From contig JBAYWF010000004.1 in assembly GCA_041674205.1 (NCBI GenBank), positions 26,721-90,720 on the forward strand: 64,000 bases of DNA, in the 5' to 3' direction. Shown one piece after another: positions 1-8,646 of the stretch. The position numbers and the translations under genes were made by a program. The notes beneath the pieces were generated by a model. That model was given only the letters and a program-made list of their open reading frames with translations, ran no database searches and had not been told where the DNA came from. This DNA comes from Parcubacteria group bacterium (GTDB taxonomy: Bacteria; Patescibacteriota; Minisyncoccia; Moranbacterales; UBA2206). Positions within the stretch are counted from its first letter, which is position 1; every line of letters starts with the position of its first letter.

Positions 1-935
1 TGCGGAATTTCAACTAAGGTAAATTCTCCTTCAATTGTCTTTTGATATAATTCGACACTCGGCGTAGCGGAACCGAAAATGACTTTGCCTTTGTGTAATT
101 CAGCTAATTTTTCCGCCACGGTGCGCGCGTCATAGCGCGGATTCATATCCCATTGCTTGTGCGACATATCCTGTTCCTCATCCACCACGATCAAGCCTAA
201 CTTCTTGAACGGCGCGAAAACCGCCATACGCGTACCGATGATGATTTTGATTTCACCGGATTTGATTTTCTGCCATTGGGAATAATATCCACCCTTGGAG
301 ATTTTACTGGTCAGCACCGCGATCCGATCTAAGCCGAAATACTCACCATATCTTTCGATCGCTTGCGGGGTCAAAGCCAGTTCCGGCAGAAGGACGAGGG
401 CCTGCTCGTTCTCTTTGAGTTTCTTAATTGATTCGATATAAATTTCAGTCTTGCCGGAGCCGGCGGGACCATACAAGAGAAATTTTGAATTTTGAATTTT
501 AAATTTTAAAATCTTATTTATGGCATTTTTTTGTTCATCCGTAAGGATAATATTTCTTTTTGCGATAATTTCGTCACTTATCACTTGTTTCTTGCTTCTG
601 GTCTTTACCCTTTTCGGAATAAAGGATTTTAAAACTATCCCGAGCGGGGAGAAATAATAATCTGATATGAATCGCGCCAGCTCGATCTGTTTTTTGTCCA
701 AAAAGCCTTCTTCCAAAACTTTGGAAACTTTCTTGAGTTCGATATTGCCCAGCCGCTCGAAATCCGGCCGCTGGCCGGTCACGATCCCTTCCGCCATCCG
801 GCGGAAAAGCGGCACGGATACCAATGACCCGGTCGGGATTTCCGCGTCTGACAAATACGAAAAAGACTGGTTCCGCGAAAGGGGAATCCGGGCGATCGGC
901 ACGATATCGATGATGATTTTGGCAGACTTTTCCAT
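1..935 (-). CDS. priA: Primosomal protein N' (PriA), 5' part; truncated by the window edge
   Basis: Manual minus-strand translation from ATG 935: MEKSAKIIIDIVPIARIP...LLYGPAGSGKTEIY (Walker A)...LPELALTPQ...IGTRMAVFAP...IVVDEEQDMSHKQWDMNPRYDAR, all typical PriA motifs. Confidence 0.93.
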   Translation of the reverse strand, partial: MEKSAKIIIDIVPIARIPLSRNQSFSYLSDAEIPTGSLVSVPLFRRMAEGIVTGQRPDFERLGNIELKKVSKVLEEGFLDKKQIELARFISDYYFSPLGIVLKSFIPKRVKTRSKKQVISDEIIAKRNIILTDEQKNAINKILKFKIQNSKFLLYGPAGSGKTEIYIESIKKLKENEQALVLLPELALTPQAIERYGEYFGLDRIAVLTSKISKGGYYSQWQKIKSGEIKIIIGTRMAVFAPFKKLGLIVVDEEQDMSHKQWDMNPRYDARTVAEKLAELHKGKVIFGSATPSVELYQKTIEGEFTLVEIP

Positions 936-1000
936 AAGCCTATTCTAGCAATTTCGCAAAAACTCCGCCAATGATATTGATAAAGACCGTAAAATTAAAA

Positions 1001-1030
1001 CAAGCGGGGCATTCCTAGTGCTCCCGCTTG
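1001..1030 (-). terminator. Intrinsic terminator downstream of the isochorismatase-family gene
   Basis: Inverted repeat CAAGCGGG...CCCGCTTG followed on the minus strand by TTTTAATTTT. Confidence 0.6.
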
Positions 1031-1052
1031 GGTTGTGCAGCGCGATGGCTGA

Positions 1053-1607
1053 CTATATTGTCAATTCCGACAAAATATCCCTATGTGTATCTGCGAAAAT
1101 CCCGTTGCACTGATACCATTCGGCGCTATTGTCCTTGCTGTGAGAGGGCATTCCTGCTATGAGTGAATTTGCCGTCACGATCCTGAATCCATGATGGATA
1201 GCGCTTAATCCGGTAGATTTAACGCAATAATCGGCATTGATACCCATAAGTAATACGGTTTTTATCCGAAGTTCCAATAGGCATTTTTCCAATCCAGGAT
1301 TCGTAAAACCGTTATTCAGACACTTTTGGATAATTATGCACTTTGGGATTTTTTTCGCTTTCCGCATCAATTTCTTATGGGTCCTTCCATATCCTTCGTA
1401 TTCCAGTATTATCAGAGGGATTGAATTCAAACGGCAATATTCAAGGACTTGCACCTGATTTTTAATCAATTTTTTTTGAGTCCGATGCGAAATGCATTCA
1501 AGAAATCCTGCTTGCATGTCGATCAAAATTACCGCCCATCGATTCTTCCCCCCCCAAACATATAACCTTAAAACCAATTTCCATAGATTCAATAATGCAT
1601 CAGCCAT
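1053..1607 (-). CDS. Isochorismatase/cysteine hydrolase family protein
   Basis: AVILIDMQ, IIQK and LMGINADYCVKST motifs (Asp-Lys-Cys triad). Start moved to ATG 1607, which has AGGAGG upstream. Confidence 0.82.
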   Translation of the reverse strand: MADALLNLWKLVLRLYVWGGKNRWAVILIDMQAGFLECISHRTQKKLIKNQVQVLEYCRLNSIPLIILEYEGYGRTHKKLMRKAKKIPKCIIIQKCLNNGFTNPGLEKCLLELRIKTVLLMGINADYCVKSTGLSAIHHGFRIVTANSLIAGMPSHSKDNSAEWYQCNGIFADTHRDILSELTI

Positions 1608-1785
1608 TGAAGCTCCTCCTTTATCGATGTTAGATCCGGGTGTTTTACAATTCAGTAGATATGACTGTTTTTTGTCAAAGGGCCAGTTTACAAATATGGC
1701 ACGCATCTTACTTGAAGTCAAATGCTATTGCGAATACTATGTAAAAGCAGGCTTCCCCGGTTTTTTTGATCGTAACAAGACGGGG

Positions 1786-1868
1786 TCCGGGCGATCGGTA
1801 CGATATCGATGATTTTGGCAGATTTTTTCACAATCTTATTCTACTGAGTTTAAGGGCAGTCCGCCAAT
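1786..1868 (-). pseudogene. Degenerate duplicate of the priA promoter and first ~15 codons
   Basis: 1786-1843 aligns to 887-947 (VKKSAKIIDIVPIAR vs MEKSAKIIIDIVPIAR). Both copies carry TTGGCG-N18-TAGAAT-N6-start. Confidence 0.8.
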
Positions 1869-1888
1869 TGCCAAACATATGCGATTTA

Positions 1889-1915
1889 AACGGCCAAATC
1901 GGCGATTTAGCCGTT
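1889..1915. repeat. 27-bp near-perfect palindrome
   Basis: AACGGCCAAATCG-G-CGATTTAGCCGTT, one mismatch between arms. Confidence 0.7.
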
Positions 1916-1974
1916 GATTTTTGGGTGGGAATGGGATAGGATAGGAATATAGGCAAGTATTTTTGAACCATACT

Positions 1975-2043
1975 ATGGACATCGAAAAAGAAATTGGAAT
2001 CATCAAAGAAAGAAACAAGCGGGTCGAAGCCGGGATAATTTAA
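1975..2043 (+). pseudogene. 22-codon stub duplicating the 5' end of the 2808 gene
   Basis: 1975-2028 matches 2808-2861 at 53/54 nt (MDIEKEIGIIKERNKRVE), then AGII-stop. Confidence 0.85.
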
Positions 2044-2057
2044 GAAATAAAAAAACT

Positions 2058-2771
2058 ATGTTTAAAATAGATCTGCACACACATACGATTGCCAGTGGCC
2101 ACGCCTTCGGCACAATCCAAGAAAATGCCAGGGAGGCCAAAAATAAAGGCATTGAGCTTCTGGGTATTTCCGATCATGCCCCGACCGGATCAGGCGCTCC
2201 GTCGGAAGCGTATTTCAGGGTTGGCAAAAGGTTACCGAAAGAAATTGAAGGCGTGCGAGTTTTGTTCGGGGTCGAGGCTAATATCATAAGCGATGCTGGC
2301 GGATTGGATCTGCCGGAAAAAATCTTGGAGAGGTTGGATTTCGTTATGGCCGGGTTCCATGACTGCTGTTTTGAGGATCAAGGGATGGAGAGGAATACCG
2401 AAGCCTTGGTCAAAGCCATGCAAAATCCTTATGTAAAAATAATTTCCCATCCCTACGTTTCAAAATTCGTAGTCGATATGGAAAGGATCGCACTGGAATC
2501 AATCAAAAGCAACGTACTCTTGGAAATAAATGCTTCCTATTTCTACAAAGGCCAGATAGTGGATGAGGGAATTTGGAATAGGATGAAAAAAATGGTTGAG
2601 GTTTTGAAAAATAATGATCAAAAGATCCTCGTCGGTTCTGACGCGCATACCCCATGGGAAGTAGGAAAGTTCGAGGATGTCGTAAGTAACTTGAAAGAAT
2701 TGGGAATTGATGAAAGTGACCTATGGAACGATGATGTCGAAGGCATGTTGGCATTTCTAGGTAAGGAATAA
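2058..2771 (+). CDS. PHP-domain phosphatase (YcdX-like)
   Basis: DLHTHT...SDH...GVEAN...GFH...SHP...EIN...GSDAH PHP metal-binding motifs. Confidence 0.88.
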   Translation: MFKIDLHTHTIASGHAFGTIQENAREAKNKGIELLGISDHAPTGSGAPSEAYFRVGKRLPKEIEGVRVLFGVEANIISDAGGLDLPEKILERLDFVMAGFHDCCFEDQGMERNTEALVKAMQNPYVKIISHPYVSKFVVDMERIALESIKSNVLLEINASYFYKGQIVDEGIWNRMKKMVEVLKNNDQKILVGSDAHTPWEVGKFEDVVSNLKELGIDESDLWNDDVEGMLAFLGKE

Positions 2772-2807
2772 TTTTTTTGTAAAAATTATCAGTAAAATAA
2801 ATATCCG

Positions 2808-3059
2808 ATGGACATCGAAAAAGAAATTGGAATCATCAAAGAAAGAAACAAGCGTGTCGAATCGGACAAGGGTTGGGAAACCAGCTGGACGCGCCGGCTT
2901 TTTATCGCGGCGGTGACTTACGTGATCGCGCTCGCTTGGATGGTCATCATCCACGAAACCATCCCATATCTCAAAGCGGTCGTGCCGGTGGCGGGCTACA
3001 TCCTCTCGACTTTGTCATTGCCGGTGGTGAAAAGATGGTGGGTGAGCAAGACTAGCTAA
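2808..3059 (+). CDS. Small membrane protein, 2 TM
   Basis: 83-aa ORF with two hydrophobic segments, in the operon orientation. Confidence 0.7.
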   Translation: MDIEKEIGIIKERNKRVESDKGWETSWTRRLFIAAVTYVIALAWMVIIHETIPYLKAVVPVAGYILSTLSLPVVKRWWVSKTS

Positions 3060-3080
3060 GTTGTTAAATTTGTAAAGGAT

Positions 3081-3953
3081 ATGAAAATTGATACTAAAAA
3101 ATTAAATAATGGATTCGAGATGTCGGTTTTTGGAATTGGAACATGGGAAATGGGCGGTCGCACTGAAAGAGATGAAAATTATACAAATGAAGAGAAAGAT
3201 ATTTCGGCTCTGCAAACAGCGATAAAGATGGGCGTCAATCGTTTCGATACCGCCGAGGTGTATGCGCAGGGATATTCAGAAGAAATTTTAGGCAAAGCGA
3301 TAAGAGATTTTGACAGGGGAAAATTATTTATTGTTTCTAAGGTATCTAATCCTAATTTGCAATATGATAATGTAATAAGATCAGCTAAGAATACCCTAAA
3401 AAGATTAGGGACTGATTACTTGGATTTATATTTGATTCATGCGCCTAATCCGGATATTCCAATTGAAGAAACGATGCGCGCGCTTGATTATCTTAAAGAG
3501 AGGGGGTTGATAAAAAATATCGGGGTATGTAATTTTGGAGTTGAAAGCCTTGAAAAGGCGCAATCGGTAACAAAAAATAAAATTGTTTTGAATCAAGTTC
3601 ATTATAATTTAATTTTCAGGGAACCTGTTTTGGCTGGAGTTTTAGAATATTGTCAAAATAATGATGTTTTTCTAGAGGCTTGGAGACCTCTGCAAAAAGG
3701 AGATTTGACGCATTCCGGCATAACAATTTTAGATGAAATATGTGAAAAATATAACAAAACCCAATCGCAAATTGCAATAAACTGGTTGATTTCACAAAAA
3801 AATGTTATCACTCTGACAAAAACGAGCAATCTGGAGCACCTGGAAGATGATCTTGGCGCTTTGGGTTGGGGGATGGAGGAAAATGATGTCAAATTGCTAA
3901 TGGAAAAATTTCCAATCCAGCTTGATAGATCTAATGCTGTTCGATTAGGATAA
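3081..3953 (+). CDS. Aldo/keto reductase
   Basis: GIGTWEMGG, FDTAEVY, LKRLGTDYLDLYLIHAP, IGVCNF and NQVHY motifs. Confidence 0.93.
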   Translation: MKIDTKKLNNGFEMSVFGIGTWEMGGRTERDENYTNEEKDISALQTAIKMGVNRFDTAEVYAQGYSEEILGKAIRDFDRGKLFIVSKVSNPNLQYDNVIRSAKNTLKRLGTDYLDLYLIHAPNPDIPIEETMRALDYLKERGLIKNIGVCNFGVESLEKAQSVTKNKIVLNQVHYNLIFREPVLAGVLEYCQNNDVFLEAWRPLQKGDLTHSGITILDEICEKYNKTQSQIAINWLISQKNVITLTKTSNLEHLEDDLGALGWGMEENDVKLLMEKFPIQLDRSNAVRLG

Positions 3954-3986
3954 ATCATATAATTTATGTATTTGTTGAAAAAATAA

Positions 3987-4877
3987 ATGCGGACTGAACT
4001 AACGCAGGAACGGAAAGGCGAGCTTATCATTTTATCGGAGGGTGTCTTATGGAGCTTGTTTCCCGTTGTCACGATCCTGTCACTGAAAACCGTGGCACCA
4101 TTGCTATCTTTGGCTTGGAGCACGCTTTTCGCAGCCATATTCTTTGGTATAGTTTTGTTTTTCAAGAATGGTTGGGGAAAATTAAAAGATAAATCAGCTA
4201 TAAAAGATATTCTTTTGGCAACGCTTATATTAGGCGTCATATTTTATCTATTGTTTTTTTCAGGCTTGCACTACACGACAGCTGGCAATGCAAGCCTGAT
4301 CGGTTTGACGGAAATATTTTTCAGTTTTCTCTTTTTCAATATTTGGCACAAGGAATATTTTTCCAAGGATCACATCATCGGGGCGGTTCTGATGCTGGTC
4401 GGGGCGGCTGTCGTCCTATATCCGAATGTCCATAGCCTTCAGATAGGCGACCTGTTGATTTTAGCGGCGGCTTTCATCGCGCCTTTAGGTAATTTTTTTC
4501 AAAAAAGAGCTAGAAAAAAAGTCAGCAGTGAATCGATTTTATTTATCAGAAGTTCCATAAGCGCGCTCGTCATATTCATACTCGCATATTTTTCCCGAGT
4601 TGATTTTTCAGCGATCAACCTGGATAAAACGTTTATCTTCTTGCTTGTTAATGGATTTTTTTTGCTCGGACTTTCTAAATTGCTTTGGATAGAGGGTATC
4701 CATAGGATCAGCGTGACCAAGGCAAACGCATTAAATAGCGTGACGCCATTGCTGACATTATTGTTCGCCTGGATGCTCCTAGGAAACATCCCAACTAGAT
4801 TCCAATTACTAGCATTTATCCCGATGTTTTTTGGAATCATATTGTTAAGCAGGAATAAAAAAATAAGTATAAATTAG
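3987..4877 (+). CDS. DMT/EamA family transporter
   Basis: ~10 TM segments in two EamA repeats (GLHYTTAGNASLI; GIHRISVTKANAL). Confidence 0.88.
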   Translation: MRTELTQERKGELIILSEGVLWSLFPVVTILSLKTVAPLLSLAWSTLFAAIFFGIVLFFKNGWGKLKDKSAIKDILLATLILGVIFYLLFFSGLHYTTAGNASLIGLTEIFFSFLFFNIWHKEYFSKDHIIGAVLMLVGAAVVLYPNVHSLQIGDLLILAAAFIAPLGNFFQKRARKKVSSESILFIRSSISALVIFILAYFSRVDFSAINLDKTFIFLLVNGFFLLGLSKLLWIEGIHRISVTKANALNSVTPLLTLLFAWMLLGNIPTRFQLLAFIPMFFGIILLSRNKKISIN

Positions 4878-4879
4878 AT

Positions 4880-5305
4880 ATGCAAAATGTAATTTTAAAT
4901 ATTCCCGATTGCTTCTATCGCATCAGCGTCAAGGCTTTGATTCTGGATGAGGAAAAAAGATTCTTGCTAGTGCTGGAAAATAAAGGATTGTGGGAATTTC
5001 CCGGCGGGGGATTGGATTTCGGCGAGAAGCCGGCCGAGTGCCTGGCACGGGAGATCAAAGAAGAAATGGGATTGGAAGTTATCCATATCAGCGAAAAACC
5101 GGCATATTTCTTAACCACTCCGGTCAGAAACGGACAATGGTGGACTGGTAACATGATTTACGAAACGGAAGTCAAAAACTTGGATTTCACGCCGTCTGAT
5201 GAATGCGTGGAGCTGAGATTTTTCACCAAAGAAGAAGCTTTGCAAGAAAATCTTTTTCCCAATATCCGGGAATTCGTAAAAATGTATGATCCTGGAAATC
5301 ACTGA
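4880..5305 (+). CDS. NUDIX hydrolase
   Basis: WEFPGGGLDFGEKPAECLAREIKEEMGL Nudix box. Confidence 0.92.
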   Translation: MQNVILNIPDCFYRISVKALILDEEKRFLLVLENKGLWEFPGGGLDFGEKPAECLAREIKEEMGLEVIHISEKPAYFLTTPVRNGQWWTGNMIYETEVKNLDFTPSDECVELRFFTKEEALQENLFPNIREFVKMYDPGNH

Positions 5306-5320
5306 AAAGACCGCGAATCC

Positions 5321-5349
5321 TTGCTTTTCGGCTTCAAATAGGCTAGAAT
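5321..5349 (+). promoter_or_regulatory. sigma70-type promoter of thpR, probably leaderless
   Basis: TTGCTT-N17-TAGAAT, with ATG 6 nt downstream. Confidence 0.55.
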
Positions 5350-5355
5350 TTGGAT

Positions 5356-5943
5356 ATGAAAAGGAAAATATTCATCAGTATAAACCTGCCCAACCGGACG
5401 AAAAAACGCCTTGTCAAAGCCACGGAAGCTTGGCAGCCTGCCCAGACAGGGCCCGACCGTCCAGAGCCTGCCCAGCCAGGGGATTTGCCGGTCAAGTGGA
5501 ACAAAGAGGAAAATTTGCACATAACCTTGCTTTTCTTGGGTTTCGTGGATGATGATTCGACCTATGCGGTATGCGAGAAAGTCGCCAAGATAAGCGAAAA
5601 TAGCGAGATTTTCGATATCGAATTCGATTCGATCGGACTGGGACCGACCGCGGAAGACGCGCGGATGGTTTGGGTTTCCGGGCAAGCCAATGAAGAACTG
5701 AGAAGCCTAGTTGAAAAAATCGAAAAAGAATTGGGCATTTTCACCAGCTCCAAAAAAGAATTCCGCCCGCACATCACTTTGGGCAAGATCCGTAAAAACA
5801 AATGGGATGAGCTGGCTGAAAAACCGGAGATTAAAAAAGATTTTCCATTGGTAGTTTCAGTGGAAAGCGTGGACGTGATGGCGAGCAATTTCGAAGGGGA
5901 TGGGATGGAATATACCATCATCGAAAGTTGCGAATTAAATTAA
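5356..5943 (+). CDS. thpR: RNA 2',3'-cyclic phosphodiesterase (2H phosphoesterase)
   Basis: Two HxT motifs (NLHITLLFLG, FRPHITLG); carries a 15-aa in-frame insertion. Confidence 0.9.
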   Translation: MKRKIFISINLPNRTKKRLVKATEAWQPAQTGPDRPEPAQPGDLPVKWNKEENLHITLLFLGFVDDDSTYAVCEKVAKISENSEIFDIEFDSIGLGPTAEDARMVWVSGQANEELRSLVEKIEKELGIFTSSKKEFRPHITLGKIRKNKWDELAEKPEIKKDFPLVVSVESVDVMASNFEGDGMEYTIIESCELN

Positions 5944-5950
5944 GGCTTGC

Positions 5951-6661
5951 ATGGATATTTTAGGAGTTAAAATTGATAATCTTAGCCGCAAGGATATTTC
6001 GGATAAAGTATGGTTTTTTTTACAAGAAGAGAAATTCCATCAAGTGGCTACCGTCAATCCGGAATTCATCTTGCAGGCCCAGGAAGACGGGGGATTTAAA
6101 AATATTTTAAATGGGTGCGATTTGAATGTCGCTGACGGTGTCGGCATCCGGTTCGCGTCCTTGCGCTTCGGCAAATATTTGAAAAGCCGGATGGCGGGGA
6201 TCGACTTGATGTCGGAAATCCTGAGGTTGGCGGATAAAAACAACCTGTCGGTGTTTCTGGGGAGCTATGGCGGCGCGTTGAGTGGCTGGGAGGAAACCCG
6301 CGAGGCTATTTTAAAGGAATATCCCAAATTGAAAATCAGCGGGGCTACCCTGGACAAGGAAGGCGCCGGTTACGGATTGCGAGTTGCGGATCACGAGGTT
6401 GTATTTTTCAATTTCGGCGCGCCTGCTCAAGAAAAATTCCTGCACTCGCTAAAAAACCAAGAAAATAGTAAAATACGGTTAGCGATGGGCGTGGGCGGGA
6501 GCTTCGATTTTTTGACCGGTAAAATAAAAAGGGCGCCTGCTTTTATTAGGAAAACAGGGCTTGAGTGGCTATGGCGGTTTTTGCAGGAGCCGGGTTATCG
6601 CGCCAAAAGGATTTTCCGAGCGGTCATAATTTTCCCAATCAAAGTTTTGTTCAATAAATAA
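5951..6661 (+). CDS. WecB/TagA/CpsF family glycosyltransferase
   Basis: TVNPE, ADGVGI, GAPAQEKF, MGVGGSFDF and GLEWLWR motifs. Confidence 0.92.
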   Translation: MDILGVKIDNLSRKDISDKVWFFLQEEKFHQVATVNPEFILQAQEDGGFKNILNGCDLNVADGVGIRFASLRFGKYLKSRMAGIDLMSEILRLADKNNLSVFLGSYGGALSGWEETREAILKEYPKLKISGATLDKEGAGYGLRVADHEVVFFNFGAPAQEKFLHSLKNQENSKIRLAMGVGGSFDFLTGKIKRAPAFIRKTGLEWLWRFLQEPGYRAKRIFRAVIIFPIKVLFNK

Positions 6662-6679
6662 TTTTTTAATAACAAAAAT

Positions 6680-7090
6680 ATGACCGACAAAGTGAAGTTG
6701 ATCCGCACCATCTATTTGTATCTGGCCGTGGCGGTGAGTCTTATTTTCACCGGCATCGGCGCCGGGACGCTGTTGAATACCGGGTTGAAATATTATCTTT
6801 TCCCGAAAGCGGAAAAGGGCGGATATAGCCAGTGCAACCAACAGCCGCCGGTCTATGCTTTGGATAAAAACAGCTATGCCGGCGTGGCTACGGCGGATCA
6901 AAAAATCCAACTGGAAAATCTCCTGCGCGACTACGACCAATGGAAAACCGCCAATACCGGCGAAGAATGTTATAGCGCTGAGCGCCAATCGAACGTGGTG
7001 GATGCCTTGACGATGATCGTCATAGCCCTGCCGATTTTGTTGGTGCATTGGAGAGTAATCAAAAAAGAAAAGTCGGAAAAAAGCGCATGA
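6680..7090 (+). CDS. Hypothetical membrane protein, 2 TM with a Cys-containing loop
   Basis: IRTIYLYL...ALPILLVHW pattern; in operon. Confidence 0.7.
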   Translation: MTDKVKLIRTIYLYLAVAVSLIFTGIGAGTLLNTGLKYYLFPKAEKGGYSQCNQQPPVYALDKNSYAGVATADQKIQLENLLRDYDQWKTANTGEECYSAERQSNVVDALTMIVIALPILLVHWRVIKKEKSEKSA

Positions 7091-7167
7091 TAATGCTGAT
7101 CATAATCGCAGTCCTTATTTTCATCGCCGGAAGCGCGTGGATAATTTTTAGTAAGAATGGGGAATAA
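7087..7167 (+). pseudogene. 26-aa signal-anchor stub or micro-ORF
   Basis: ATGA overlap with the upstream stop; reads MIMLIIIAVLIFIAGSAWIIFSKNGE*. Confidence 0.4.
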
Positions 7168-7176
7168 ATAAAAACT

Positions 7177-8625
7177 ATGCCAGAAAAAAATGTGTTCAAG
7201 GGGACTATCAGTCAGAACTTCGAATCGCTCGACAAGCAGGCTGTCCAAGTGGAAAAGTATGAGAAGGGCGAAGCATTCGATTTTTACGCCCGCTATGGCT
7301 ATTTGAAACTGGCGGAGCGTGAGAAGGAATTTTCCGAGATGATGGGGTCGGCAGACTGCGCTTTGTTCAATGACGGTATGGCCGCGATCGATACCGCGAT
7401 CGAAGCCGAGGGATTGAAAAACGGAGACGTGGTCATATGTGCCAAGGAAATGTATGAACAATCCAATGCGATAGTGGATACGCTGAAAAACAGAGGGGTC
7501 GAGGTGGTCGCGGTGGATCCGGGAAATATGGAAGAAATCGCGGAAGTCGTGGAAATGAAAAAGCCCAGGTTGATTTTCCTTGAAAGTGTCGCGAATTCCC
7601 AAGATATGCAAGTTTGCGACATAAAGCGGTTGATGTCTATCTCCGAGAGTGCCAATCAGGATTACCGGGAAAATCTCACTTCGGAAAAATTGATTGAAAA
7701 ATATTTTTCCATCAAGCGCTATCCGCTTGCAGGCGGCGCAAACGATCAACAGGGCCCTTCGGTTGGAGAAACCCATGATTCCAAGGCGGGATCCGAACTG
7801 GGAAATTTAAAGAAAATGTTGTCCAAAGAAATCAGTGAATTCGAAGAGGGCAATAACCCGTTCGTTTTCCGCAAAGCCTTGCGGGAATTTGAACGACAAA
7901 CAGGTTGTGACAGGGAAGAATCGATCAGGGAAATTTCCAAAGCGGTGCGATACGTCCGAAAAAATAGCCGGGAAAAATTATCCGTCATCATCGACAATAC
8001 CTTGCCATCGCCGGTCCTGTATAATCCGTTGGAAGACGCGAAAGGCAGTCCTGTCGAATTGGTCATCGTGGAAAGCGCGACAAAACACTACCAAGTAGGC
8101 CGGGACAAGATCACTATGGGTATCGCGTATTCCGATAGCGCGGAGAAAATAAAGGAGATAAAAAAAATCCGGGCTATGATCGGAAGCTATTTGCAGCCGA
8201 TCGCGGAAAAAGAGATACCCAAGGACTTGATAGGAATTATGCCGGAAATCATGAAACGCCACGCTGAAAACGCCCTTGAGTTGGCGAAAATGCTGAGCGG
8301 AAGCGGGAAAGTGGGCGAGGTCGAACATCCGAACCTACCTGAACATGCCCAGAGCGAGTTAGCCAAAGAAATCGCGCCGGAAGGCCTTGTCACGCTCTTC
8401 AATATCAAGATAACCGATGCGCCCCGATTCGTGAAAACCTTGAAAGAAATCGCCGGTGACAAAATCGGCCTGGGAGGAAGTTTCGGACATCCGAAGACCT
8501 GGGTACTGAGCCTGGGGGAATATTGGCCGGAAAGGATCCGGATAGCCGCCGGTAGAGAAACGGAAAAAGAGTTCAAGGAAGTTTTGGATATTTTCAAAAA
8601 AGCCCTGGAAACATACGAAACATAA
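7177..8625 (+). CDS. PLP-dependent Cys/Met metabolism enzyme (cystathionine gamma-synthase/methionine gamma-lyase-like) with large insertion
   Basis: YARYG, FNDGMAAI, IFLESVAN, IIDNT, ESATKHY (PLP Lys), GGSFG, RIAAGRE. Confidence 0.82.
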   Translation: MPEKNVFKGTISQNFESLDKQAVQVEKYEKGEAFDFYARYGYLKLAEREKEFSEMMGSADCALFNDGMAAIDTAIEAEGLKNGDVVICAKEMYEQSNAIVDTLKNRGVEVVAVDPGNMEEIAEVVEMKKPRLIFLESVANSQDMQVCDIKRLMSISESANQDYRENLTSEKLIEKYFSIKRYPLAGGANDQQGPSVGETHDSKAGSELGNLKKMLSKEISEFEEGNNPFVFRKALREFERQTGCDREESIREISKAVRYVRKNSREKLSVIIDNTLPSPVLYNPLEDAKGSPVELVIVESATKHYQVGRDKITMGIAYSDSAEKIKEIKKIRAMIGSYLQPIAEKEIPKDLIGIMPEIMKRHAENALELAKMLSGSGKVGEVEHPNLPEHAQSELAKEIAPEGLVTLFNIKITDAPRFVKTLKEIAGDKIGLGGSFGHPKTWVLSLGEYWPERIRIAAGRETEKEFKEVLDIFKKALETYET

Positions 8626-8646
8626 GCTGATTAGTAATAAAAAAAT

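Noticed and set aside
1608-1721. Longer upstream starts in the ORF track (isochorismatase; also pyrG 27647, rtcB 58556, methyltransferase 13192, M23 19348)
   Set aside because: Downstream ATGs fit family N-termini, SD or A-rich leaders, and avoid overlaps.
6970-7776. Long antisense or alternative-frame ORFs (e.g. 6970-7776, 15789-16589, 23481-24107, 27006-27668, 47241-47879, 59165-59848)
   Set aside because: They shadow well-supported genes and show no recognisable motifs.
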